NCBI RefSeq assembly: GCF_964204645.1
Contig: NC_134030.1
Location: 17,816,210-17,880,209 of the forward strand
Length of the DNA: 64,000 nt
Direction: 5' to 3'
Source of the DNA: Tubulanus polymorphus
Lineage: Eukaryota > Animalia > Nemertea
Positions 1 through 11,678 of the stretch are shown in pieces. Position numbers and translations under genes: made by a program. The notes beneath the pieces were generated by a model. The model was given only the letters and a program-made list of their open reading frames with translations, was not told the DNA's origin and did not search any database. Position 1 is the first letter of the stretch. Every line of letters begins with the position of its first letter.

Positions 1-1642
1 AAATAATTTATAATGAATAATTCATATAAATATATATGTTTAAAATATAAAATATTTCACTCACACTTTACCCACACTTTTATATTGTTTTAATTATCCA
101 TTTATTTTACTTATATTTTTATTCGAAATCTGTTAAAATATGAATTATGTATATCGTTCATATTCAATATATATTAATGAAAGTGTGACAAATTTGACAA
201 ATTACTAAATCATACACACATTTTAAATTTGACGATATACTCAAAAGCAAAAACTGCTTACTTTCGCTATATATTTCATTATTTTTATAATTAGCGCTCC
301 GTGAATCCTAGTGATGGAGGCAAAACGTTTCATTATGGACAATATTTTAATATAGCGATCGAAAAAAGTATATGCGAAAATACTGTACTAAAAGCGACCA
401 TTATATTACGGACCGGGCCCTGAAACTTCACATGCAGATAGATCTAATCTAAATATACGATGCTTTTGAACCATAGACCCCCTCGTGCAGTGTATCCGAC
501 CCTGTTTCCCGCGGCCATATCTGTAGTCGAGACCTTCCATTCTACTTTTTGGGGGTTGGCAAGACCTTTTCTAGCAAGTAACTTCTCATATATAGCAAGC
601 ATATAACTATAAAAATCTTACTCGCGGGTTCCTGTGGATGTGAGCCCTATCCAAATTGGAATAGGTTTGTTATACTAAATACATCAGTCAATCTATAGTA
701 TTCGACATCAGTGAAACAAATTGATGGAACCTCGGAGTATTCAGACTGGATGAGTTCAGTCTGATTAATCCAAGGTGGAACAGTTCCCTTCCCCGATGAT
801 GTTATGATACATATAATTATTTGTACATCGTTATGTCTCTACGGTTTATCCACTTTCGTTTGACACATTTCTTCTCTGAATCTGTTTTCAAGAATTTTTT
901 GATAATGAATCAAACATCTTATTTCATCCAAACTGCAAACATCCCCAGACTTTCATATGATGTAGTTAGAAGAATGATGAAATATCTCAGTACGAGACCT
1001 GATCATAGACGTATAAATTAGTTAATGTCCATGATCTGATTCAAAAGCCCGTCGTCAATACATGGGCGATAGCAGGCCATTTCAAGCGGTGAGCGGTGCA
1101 ACTGAAACGTTGTAGCTGATAAAAATTCCGACTTAGCAAATATGGGACTCGATAGTTAACGTATTTTGGTTTTTGATCTATTTCTAATACGGCTGTGCGT
1201 CAGACATGATATTCAAGTGATTAACGCAATTGCTACAAGCAGGAAATTTCATTTAAACTCCCTAAATCATAAATATTTCGTCAAAAGAACAAAGCAAAGT
1301 AATACGCATTTTAGGTTAAAATCCGTTCGAACAATTTCCACCAAAATATATATAGAGTATCAGTAAATTGTAATTACGAGTACGGTGTTATTGTTCAAAA
1401 TGTTCAAAATGCCTGCCGCTTCTGATATAATCATACATCCTTTACTATTACAATACGTCTTGTATTTTTATATGGCAATGGCCATTTTAAGTCTATGTCG
1501 ATAATATTTTGCCAAATAGCTTGTATGTGTACACATAGACCTGTGACGTTTTGCACATCGATTCACGGCTGTCGTTTGTAAAATGACGCTGAATGGTTAA
1601 CATTGTTTAGTTTCATAATGGTAACGTTTTATAAGGCGTCAA

Positions 1643-1768
1643 AATTCTAAACCGCCAAGTGGGAGTGCAGCCAGAAAAATTAAAACCAAAACCAAATGGC
1701 TCCTAGATAAGCTGCAGTTCCTTGCACCGAATATAGCCAGCAGACCTTCAGTCTCAAATTTAAATCAA
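1643..1768 (+). pseudogene. Harbinger MADF/Myb-SANT partner gene, remnant of exon 1 (C-terminal half of MADF domain)
   Basis: Translates NSKPPSGSAARKIKTKTKWLLDKLQFLAPNIASRPSVSNLNQ (MADF-type SGS..W..L.FL..I..R..SNL) and ends in a CAA|GTAAGT donor at 1769. Confidence 0.7.
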
Positions 1769-1859
1769 GTAAGTATAAGAACATTTCAATTTGCGTTTTA
1801 TTATTGTTTGTAACAATATCAATATAGTCATAACATGAACAAAATTGCTACCGATTTTA

Positions 1860-2651
1860 AACCATCGAATCCTGCTACGGTACATCTCCTGATTTTGAAA
1901 AATAGGTGGCCAAAAATTGTGGTTGTGCTTTTGCATCTTTAGTTGGATTTCGATCATTTTATGTACTATGCTTTGCAGAGCAGGGTCACTTCGCCACTTA
2001 CCAGCTGACATCGAATGATTGTCTTTTTCAATGTTACCGACACTTGCATAAGAATGTTTTTTTATTGACTAAATAAGTTGTGTTAGCAGCATGCGGCCAA
2101 TATCAGGCTGGTTACTTTGTCGGGGGAGAGATTAATTGTCATCAAAAATACTCTAAAGCGGTTGGATGCCAAAAGCATTTTCAATAACTCGACGTGCCCT
2201 TGAAAGCCGATGATTAAAAATCTTTTCCTTTTGTAAAGGTTTCTATGTGGGAAGGGCTTCACCATCGTATTTTTAATGCAAATGCATCGTCGCCGACTAG
2301 ATGATAGTTAATTTTTGATTCCGATTCTCCAATACATTTTGCATCGGGAAGGTTTAATGAATTTTCACCCAGTGCGTTCTTTATTGTTGAATCATTGAAT
2401 ACACCAGCATCACCAGCATCACCAGCCCTCCCCGCCCCAACATCAACCTAAACAAATCTGTATTGCTATCGGCTGTAGCTAGAAGTAAAACACTAAAGAA
2501 ATGTTTGTAATTGAAAAATTCGGATCCACTGCTTGCAGGTTGTTTTATGGTAATATGCTTGCCATCTATTGTCCCAATGCAGCATGGGTAATTTCATTTT
2601 TTCCTCGAATCCTTCAGCAATTGCTAACAATTCTTCAGAAGATGTAGACAT
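1860..2651 (-). mobile_element. Decayed PIF/Harbinger (HARBI1/ALP1-like DDE) transposase exon
   Basis: Across frameshifts the minus strand reads [52 protein letters not shown]...HLVGDDAF...KPFP...FNHRLSRARRVIENAFG..NRFRVF...LAACC.HNL. A CAG acceptor lies at 2652-2654. Multiple stops and frameshifts. Confidence 0.92.
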
Positions 2652-2671
2652 CTGGATTGTAAATGAGATTT

Positions 2672-3123
2672 GTAAATGAGGTCGACGACAACGACGATGA
2701 TCAAAATGACCAGACTCAGCAGATACGCTCGACAAAAAAGCCGACACAAAATAAGAAAGTCACATTATCAAGGAAGTGAAAAGCTGATTAAAAATTCAAT
2801 CCTCTCCAAACCCTCACCCTGTCAATGCAAGAAAAACAAAAAGCGAGGGCCCTGAAACGCGAACAAAGCCCTTTGCACGAAAAGAATGCAGTCTACTGTA
2901 TGGCCAATATGTATCAACCACATTGTCAGATTTGGATCCAAAACTAAGTTTTCTAGCTCAAAATAGAATGAATGAAATACTTTTTCACGCTCAATGTGGA
3001 ACTTTAATGGAAACACAAAATTACAGCCATTTTCCGCAAAATCAACAGCAGCCTTACTTTCAACCGAACTACAACAACTGGACACAATCAGAAGATAACA
3101 TTTCAACACTTCATCAAATGTAA
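2672..3123 (+). pseudogene. Harbinger MADF/Myb partner gene, remnant of exon 2 (acidic linker plus C-terminal domain)
   Basis: Reads NEVDDNDDDQ...YGQYVSTTLSDLDPKLSFLAQNRMNEILFHAQCGTL then a Q/N-rich tail, typical of C-termini of Harbinger Myb-like proteins. Contains stops and a frameshift. Confidence 0.65.
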
Positions 3124-3689
3124 TAAATTGTTAAGATATGATGTCATATTTCTTCAATCATTCAGTCATCGAGTCAGTACCAATAGTATTCAATTCATAT
3201 TTTGTTTTTATTATCATATATCAATTCTATTTTTTTTATCATTCAGTCATCGAGTCACACCAAATAGTATTCGATCCATATTGCTATTACATCAGGCCGC
3301 TTCTTTTAACGACTCTCCAGGGATTTTAAATTCTATAACAGCATTCTTTCTCGAGTGTCGAAAAACAGAGTTTCAGCTGCCCGTAGTTTCTCTACCGACG
3401 TAAGGCTTATATCAATGGAAACCTCTGCCCCTCGTATTCCTGCACCGCCTATACCTGCGGTACCTTACAGCTAGGAATGAACTTAACATCGTCAACGTGT
3501 ATTTTCCGTTTTGTTTACGTTTAAATTGGAAAATGGTTGGCGTTTGGGAAAGACATTAAACGCGTACCGGCCATTGTAACCATGTTGTATCGGCTTTAAA
3601 ACGTTCCAATCGCGTGTACGATGCGTTTCAATTGGAACGATAAACGAAGTTCATTCTCTGCTGCCATATCGAAAATACATCCGAACAAA

Positions 3690-3790
3690 TAATGAAAAAT
3701 TATGAAAGGTTTGTTAGAATCCGGAAATTTCAATATTGGGCGTGAAGCAATTTCCTCTTTTAACACGTAAAATGATCGACGCTCCACAAC
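3690..3790 (-). mobile_element. Ty3/gypsy RT-RNase H linker fragment
   Basis: SFYVLKEEIASRPILKFPDSNKPFII matches the gypsy pattern F..LK..L...PIL..PD..KPF. Confidence 0.65.
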
Positions 3791-4345
3791 AATTTACAGT
3801 TCGGTTGATTCTTCCGTATCATGTCGGTGAGAGGAACACCGATATTAGTATTCTCGTCAACTACAGATCAAACAATTCATCATACGACAATTTAATCTGA
3901 CAGAATTCACCCATCTGTTAAATTAGCACCCGAGTAGCAAATTGTCGAAAGGTTTCTCCACATTTGTAAGTTTCCGAATTACGGAATTACACAAGGTTCA
4001 AATGGCTTTTTTAAACTCATTTTCACAAACAGTAACAGAACCAGGCCACCTCAAAATTAACACACCGTAACTCTATACTGAAAATCACACCACACACACT
4101 CAAATCCTCTCCTTTCACGCACCACAAAATACATCTGACATACTTCGTATACACAAATCATTGATAATAAACATCATTCATGTAACTATTAAACCCACGA
4201 CCACGAGACAATCAGAGGCGACCATCATCCCCCCCCCCCCCCGATATAATTCAGAGAATTCAGATTCACCTAAACGATGCTCAAACACATTTATTGATCA
4301 AGAAGTTTACGTCTTGTCTACATGCGTTTTCGGTGAATAAAGCGA

Positions 4346-4711
4346 TTATCCACTTCTCTGGAATCGCCGGGCTACTCTAAACAATTCAGCTTCGGCCAAT
4401 TCTTCTTTCCGATTTTCGTCGTCTGCTATAGCGACGGCCCAGGCGGCAGCAAACATCGTGCATACCGGAACAGCCAGTTTAATCAAACCTGCAACGGAAA
4501 GCAACGCGTGTTTTTGAACTGGTTGATTACTCTGGAACCTATTTCCATTGTAACGCGGTTTTATGTTGACTGTGCGCCTAGTACCTACGTTGTATATGTT
4601 TAATTCAATCATTTGGCAATGTCTGTGTTGTGCCTCCACGATTTTATTACTATCATACATATACGTACACAGCGCGGGGCAAGAACCGGGGTAGTGGATA
4701 GGGAACTCCAT
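4346..4711 (-). CDS. Unidentified intronless ORF (121 aa), possibly a mobile-element or viral relic
   Basis: ATG-initiated ORF in a relatively GC-rich patch with AATAAA about 50 nt after the stop. The frame continues upstream through two stops. No family recognised. Confidence 0.3.
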   Translation of the reverse strand: MEFPIHYPGSCPALCTYMYDSNKIVEAQHRHCQMIELNIYNVGTRRTVNIKPRYNGNRFQSNQPVQKHALLSVAGLIKLAVPVCTMFAAAWAVAIADDENRKEELAEAELFRVARRFQRSG

Positions 4712-5079
4712 ATTTAATGCATTTTATACAATATCTTTTAACCATGTCGTGCAAGGACCTTTTCATAAAAGTGTTATTCCTCGCGTACGTTGCAATGATT
4801 GAATGGCGGGACTCAAACCTACTTTAGTTATAGCTGAGTCACTGAATACAAAACAACCTCAACGTAGTTTTAAACTGGTTTCGTAAAGCATTGCGTGCCA
4901 TTCAAACTTTCAATGTGCACTTAAACACCTTTGAATCAGTTTAAGAATATAATTTATGTTTTTTAATATCAACTTCCCTTATGGGCGGAAACTATTCTAA
5001 AAAGGCACGTACGTGAGATGTACGTACCGTACAGTGACCCAATAAACTACCCCACGTTTTATCCTGACCCCATATACAG

Positions 5080-8000
5080 TGGCGGATTTAGCCTACTTCA
5101 CTTGCCGCTAATGCGGTAGTCAACATTTTTCCTCTAACAACATTTTATTTATTTCATGGATGGACTTGACTTAGCTGATTTCTTGGAAAAAAGTACCCAT
5201 ATTAAAACAGGATTTTTCTCTTCCAAAACCCATGAAATGTCATCTCAGCACTATAAATTTTTCAAAATTTTCATTATAATGTTGGTTTAATTTGATATTT
5301 GATAAATCCTTAAATTTGTTGGTTCCAAACAGATGAGTACAAATATTTAAGTAGTATACTTACTCAGCATTTTTAATAGCCAATCTGGAGAATCCGATAA
5401 TAATGCCTAGAAATGCGAATATTTTCATATGAATCAAATGTTAACTCATATCTATCAATTCCGCAGTCACTTTTCTACCCCCTTTTTCAGACCTTACCAC
5501 GTTCCACTCTTGCATGGATTCGAAGCTAATGGTATCGAGAGACTCTGCCAAATTTCTCTCACGCTGGTATTTGGATCTGATAGCATCGAAAAACTTTATC
5601 ATATTTCCCCCTCGCAAGAATTCGAACCTGATAACATAGCCAGACTTTACCATATGTTCGTCCCTCGAAGGGATTCGAACCAATTTACATAACGAGTCTA
5701 TGTCATGTCTATAAGGGATTTGAAGAATGTCGGGGTTCTTGCTTATCATGTTCGAATCACCAATCTTAATACTTACGTTGCAATGAACGGGTGAGTACTC
5801 TCTCTTCTAGCGAAATGTTTGCTAGAAATAAACGGTGAATATATTGAAGCAAGAATCCATGAATTATTTAAACAGGCTTCGGCTTGAACAGGAGTGAAGA
5901 GATATTAACACGTTTGTTAGATGAGAGCAAATATTTCATAATTCACATCTGTTTTACCAAACACGGAAGTGTTTCGTCGATTATTGATTGTAAATCTACT
6001 CAGCACTATATAATTTTGTACATATCGAAATTTATCGAAGAACTTTCCTTTAAGTTAAATGTACTGTCGTTTTAGTGTTATTAGTAAAAAGCTTTGGGAT
6101 AGTTGACCAAAAGTTGGCTAGAGTTAACAAGTGAATAGTTGACTTGGTGATTATTTAAAATTCATTGTTATTATGATATTTTATCCACCGGTTATCTTTT
6201 ACCAATTTTTGAGCAACTTTGAAAATGAACTAATTTTGACAACGAAAGACTGCGAATTCGTTAAGAAAAGACCATATTTTCGTCAACTAACTGAGTTCCG
6301 AAGACAGATGCAAAATGACTTTAAAAATTTGACGAATATTTTTTTCGAAAGTGTAAAGAATGTATTTTTGCGGTAATGCCGTCGATCCCTTTCCGAGTTC
6401 TCGCGGAAAGCTCCGCGGACAGGCCACGTTGAAGGACTGGGTGAATAATACGTATCCAAGAAATCTAGTCTTCTATATAATTCAATTAAAAAACATTAAC
6501 TAAACTCATTTTGGTGTAAATACACCGCAACGTCTCTACATATGCAAATGTCATTCACAGACTGATGATAGAAAAAATCTGGCACCTGGGATTGGTTAGA
6601 AAACAGGCTTTGTGATACGTGTAACTGTGTGGAAGATGAGCTGCACTTCATACTAACGTGTAGCAAATTCAACAACCCCATGACGAAATTTAATTTGGTA
6701 AATGTCGGTGCAAATGATATGAATGGAAATTTTGATGATGTAGGTACGTAGTCAAACGGAATTGGTAAATTTGGGAAGTACGTTCGATCGGGATATGAAT
6801 ATTATATTCAATTGATGCTTGAAGGTACGGTACTTGTCCAATGCACTGTTCCTATAAATATTTTTGAAATTCTGGTATTGTATATAAAGCATACATTGTT
6901 TTCTTTTTCTCCTGATTTGTTGTTCATGTCATTTGATTCGGGCTCGGACAAACCCTTCTTTAGTGAAAGTTCCCCTTTTCAAATGACGCCTATTTTCTAA
7001 ATTTTCAAAAAAAATTTCTCGAAAATTAGAAAGGGCACATGAAGTCGTTCCCATCAATCACAAACGTACAAAAGGATTTTTAGAGGTGATAATTTCAAAG
7101 AAAAAGACACATTCAGTCGTCTATCAATACCGAAAAAAACAAGAAAGGGTACTTTTAGTCGTTTTTATCAATCTCAAAAGTAGGTAAGTGCAAATGGCCC
7201 CCATGATCAATTCAGGATCAATTCTGAAGAATATGAAACGGAAAATAGGTAATAGATTGACAGAATAATAAAACGGAAAAAAATGTTAGTTGTTGACATC
7301 CAACAGGACAAAAAATGATATAATGTTTTGTGCGTAGAAATATGCGGATGCTGGTTGTAAAACACATTTTCCAGGTTGTCAGGCTCATAGGGTTTAATCT
7401 TGAAGCGAGAAGTATATTCAATGCACATTCGAGAATTCTTTTTTAAGCGTGAATGTTAATTGTACAATACAAAGTCTGTGGTTCTATCACTCACATTTGA
7501 TAACGTACCACAGTATAATTTACCAATGCTTCAAGCCCACTTGGGTCCCTTGTTTTGTTCTGTCTAGTCATATCAAGGATTGTATAGGTCACAGCTTGCT
7601 TTGTTTCCAAACCAATAATTCGTAAGGACATGGAAAATTTGTCGTCAAAGAAACACAGTAAATTTAAACAGTGAAAATAGTTGAAAGTAATACCCATTTG
7701 AAATGAGAAAATGTATTACAGACTATAAGAATTTTCAAGAATTACGAATACTTATCATCCGACATTTGTCAATATGTTTTAAAAACAATTTCTGTCCCGG
7801 AGCTGGTGGAATGCCATATATTATACTTTTACAACACGACGTACGTATCGTGGTATGTTTAAGCAATCAGATAGATGGGTTATCTATACACTGATAGTAT
7901 CGAGCACTGAAGCTATATTGAGTAAGATATGTAGGCAAATGAGCTATTCAGTATCGTGATGATCTGGGATTTTACCTTGAATTTTATGAGGAGTTATTGA

Positions 8001-9100
8001 CACTACATATTGAAATTCCTGAGTGCTAACGGGTTAAATTGTTGACCTATCTTTAACTGAAAACGCTAGTCGCTTTTGATAGCGATGATGAGTCTATTGT
8101 ATAAAATCGTGTAAATCTTAGGAGTAGGTTGATATTAGGATATTCTAATTTAATATTTTGCATCACACACGCACGTAATTTTTGACATCTCTCGTCCACT
8201 TAGTGCGTAAATTTGTAAGAGACCCACTATCGGGAAGGTAAGTTTAGTTTTTATTAACCTCTCTCCCGTCCGAAAATGTGTACATTTTGTTTACCCTTTC
8301 CGCCAAAAAACCGTACCGGGAACGCATAGTATTTGAAAGCTCCCTTACCTTGTTCGATTTAACTCACTTCTGGATATCGAATCTCCTTCATCCAGTGATA
8401 TTCTAAACACATTATGAGTAGAGTCAACTCTAAGTGTGAACTAAAACAGTCCATCTAACGAATCAATGCGTAGTGAACGAATGCAACGAGTCAAATGAGG
8501 CAAAATTGAGAAGACTTCAAATATAATTGTTTATCTTTGAGATAAGATTTTTTTCTAAAGCCAACCACGCCCAACCTGCTAGCTATTTCTATATCAACGG
8601 ACAACGACAAGCTAGTCGCAAACTGTTCGCCGAATAACAATAAGAAACCATATATATATTGATACGCAGGCTCTGTCCCTTCCCTTTGCGGTAAAGATAG
8701 CTGACGCTTTTGGGTATGGATGATCAAATATAGTCAGACATATCTAAAACTTTTTTTAACCATCAAAAATTATTGTGGATTCAACAAAAGGGAACAATAG
8801 AAAAAAAAACAAAAGCTTAACATTATTGCTAGAGATAAAAGTAGAATTTCAAATAATTTCCCTATAGATAATTAGACATAAGTTACTTGCGGTCAAAATT
8901 TGCACTATGAATACTCGGTCTCTGATTGGCTGGAATTCCTGCGATCGGAAGCAACTGTCGGCCTAATCGGGTTGGTTACCGTCGCAAGCCGGCTTTTGTC
9001 GAAATGATTTAGGAGTAACTGGCGGCCTCTCGTAGGCTGCCATTTGCCGGTAACCGGCGATATACCCAGTTTTGTCGGTAGGTCGCTTGTTTTGAAATAT
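5080..9100 (+). repeat. About 4-kb segmental duplication, copy A (copy B at 34882-38893)
   Basis: Near-identical sequence and ORF set at offset about 29.8 kb (5429/35231, 6173/35975, 7491/37294). Confidence 0.97.
6430..6680 (+). mobile_element. LINE ORF2 3' fragment (CCHC knuckle); duplicated at about 36230-36480
   Basis: ENRLCDTCNCVEDELHFILTCSKF is the LINE C-terminal C-x2-C...H-x4-C motif, preceded by HRLMIE. Confidence 0.8.
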
Positions 9101-9779
9101 CGATTTCAATCATTGAATGTGAATGGATCTCAGATATTGATTCACGTATCACGAAGGAGGTTGTAATATTCAAAATACGAATGACACAATACTTTAAAAT
9201 GCATTTTGAAAATATTCTTTTATATCCGTTATTTTTTATATTTGGGACATATTGATATCGTAACCCAAACGGTATTTCTACGGATCAATTGATTCGCGAT
9301 TCCTTGATTGGTGGGAATAGATAATTCTGTTAAGAATGCCATGTCGGATGATTTTGTTTTTGAATACTTCATTTTTAAAGAACTTTCATCCAGATGTTTA
9401 GCCTCCATCATCAGAATACACCATGATTGACCACAATACTAAATTTCAAGGCCCAGTTGGTACGAAGTTTCCTATTGATATGTACCGCATATGCGCTCAT
9501 AATTTAGATGAAATATTTGCCGAAACATGTTAATTATTACATATTTACGTAGGTTTAAGTTAATCTCGTACAGTCAATTCATCACACTATCAGTAGAGGT
9601 GGCGCCTTTCTTTTCTGAACTGTTGAATCAATGAATAATTTGTTTAGAGGTTTATCTCAGCCAGTCAATGATTCATTACACTAACACTGGAGGTAAAGCT
9701 TGCAAAATAAATCCTACCACAGCTTCGATTCGAATTTTATGTGGTTTTCGTAATTACGTTGAATTCTTTTGAATTGGAA

Positions 9780-10100
9780 TTTATTGCATCACGGTAATTT
9801 TTAATAACTCATAAGATTTACAAATGATCGATGGATTAATCATTAATATAGAACTAGTGTTTAGATTCAAGAGCACAATGTATAAAACTGCAATCAGTGT
9901 AATAATCTAAACAGTAAAGGAAATCACCGAGAAACAAAACGCTCAGATCTACGACTCGCCATAATCAGGAAAGTACCCGAATTCTCGAAAACTCCTACAG
10001 GAATAAGATTGGCAGAGTAACCAGTAACACCAGTGTTATTTTTGGATGACACGCTGCGGTTATTTGGCGGGGCGTTCAATGTCGTTGTGAAAATTATTAT
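9780..10100 (-). pseudogene. Class-A GPCR pseudogene fragment (TM1-TM3), paralog of the 53.6-kb receptor
   Basis: Across frames reads LVLLVTLPILFL.GVFENSGTFLIMASRR...DFLYCL...IICKSYE, aligning with VLLVILPILFLFGAFGNSATFLIMISRR...DYMYC...ISCQIYE at 53.7-53.95 kb. Confidence 0.8.
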
Positions 10101-10204
10101 GAACAAAATAACTGTGGGAAGGTTTTGAGCATTTAGTTTAAAATTTCAATGATTACGAAAAGGCATAAAATTGAGTAAAAACAAATCATAACTAAATGAA
10201 AGAT

Positions 10205-10483
10205 CAGGTCCGTCGGAACAGGGGCGGCAGGGGCGGCCAAAGCCGCCCCACTTTTTTGCTTAACAAAAATTGTTTCAAAAGCACGCTGTACCGCGTAGCA
10301 GCTCGTCGTTCTCAGCACTATGTGGTTGGCTCAAGACTTCTCATGCTTCTGTGAATGAGACCGTGAAATGGCCCCAAAACGCATCTCCGGCGATTGAATT
10401 TTCAAAATTTTTCTAGGGGAGGGCCCCCAGACCATCCTTCAGAAATAAGCCTCGCCACTGAAAAATTCCTTCCGACGGCTCTG
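10205..10483. mobile_element. Non-autonomous DNA transposon (MITE, hAT-like CAG..CTG ends)
   Basis: TIRs CAGGTCCGTCGGAA / TTCCGACGGCTCTG with AAGAT on both sides. The paralogous site near 48000-48015 is empty (AATGAAAGATAAAACATC). Confidence 0.85.
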
Positions 10484-10730
10484 AAGATAAAACATCATCA
10501 GTCATTTTATTGGATGGATTTCCTTCTGTGAGGAAATTAAATTAGTGAACTATAGCCTACCATTGGCAGCTCAGTGAGAAAGTTCATGACGATGCCTTCT
10601 TTAATGATTTTTCTCATTCAACCTTTGGCAGTTAAGTCCAGAAATTACAAGATATAAATCCTAAATACATATTTCATCACGAATGCATGACAAACTATTT
10701 CGCTCTCATTAAGTCTTCCTATTCTTGCAG

Positions 10731-10964
10731 ATCACATTCGAAAAAAAATGATGAGCCTCGACGATGAAATCGCTTTAGAAAAGCTTGGTACTCATAGTAT
10801 ACCCATCAAAGAATACTTCGAAAGTCTTACAAATGAGTAAGCAATTTGAAAAATACTGATCTTAACGAACTCTGGAAATAATATGAACTAATGACATATG
10901 AATTTATTTCATTCGCAGAACGTCAAGAAAACGATCATTTGAAGATGTTGGTCATGCCGAATAA
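10731..10964 (+). CDS. Two terminal exons (10731-10836, 10919-10964) of an unidentified gene; 5' part not found
   Basis: TTCTTGCAG acceptor, GA|GTAAGC donor, an 82-nt intron with ACTAAT branch site and TTCGCAG acceptor. Spliced frame is HIRKKMMSLDDEIALEKLGTHSIPIKEYFESLTNETSRKRSFEDVGHAE*. AATAAA at 11045. Confidence 0.55.
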
Positions 10965-11306
10965 TTCATTGATCGATCAATGACAGCCGACATTTTTGTT
11001 GTGTATCAAGTTTATCATATTGACTGGGCTTGCCCCCTCTTATTAATAAAAGTTATTTTCGTATTGCAATTCATAATTCATTGCATTCAAATTCGTCTTT
11101 AAACCGCGATTGATACGGCCAAATTAACAATTGATTAAAGCATCAACGAGTTCAGCCGTATAACTTGATTTTCGTTGGCTGATTTTAGAATAGTCTCAAC
11201 GAATCGGCTTAGGTAGCTCTGTATTCACCGTCTCCAGAGTTTCACCATAGTGTGGAATGTGGACCATCCTCACTTGCCATGGTTTGATTACCGCCTGTTG
11301 AAGCTC

Positions 11307-11574
11307 ACTCAATACAAACCCTGGCCAAAATTCACTGACCTATTACACCGACCACGAAATCCTGGGCGGACAGGTTCCAGGTCAGCGCCCAACAGTCTAT
11401 ATATCTAGCCAATCAGATGCGTGGTATTCATAGAGAAAACGTCATGTGCCTTAAAACATCTGATAGGCTAGATATATAGACTGGTGGGCGTTGAGCGGGA
11501 ACCTGTCCGCCCAAGAAATCGTGGGTGATGTAATAGACCAATAAAGGGTTTGTAGCCAGGGTTTGTGTTGGAGT
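11307..11574. mobile_element. Palindromic MITE
   Basis: Imperfect inverted arms of about 110 bp (e.g. GGGCGGACAGGTTCC / GGAACCTGTCCGCCC; TCTATATATCTAGCC / GGCTAGATATATAGA). Confidence 0.85.
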
Positions 11575-11678
11575 ATATATTGTTTTATAGTTTTTGAAAA
11601 CTGATATATGTAACATCAGGCAGCATGAAATTCATTCCTTATTAATTGATATATACATATTAATTCTTTTTACTTTAG

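Noticed and set aside
5429-7894. Short ORFs conserved between the two 4-kb copies
   Set aside because: Conservation reflects recent DNA duplication; apart from a LINE knuckle none looks protein-like.
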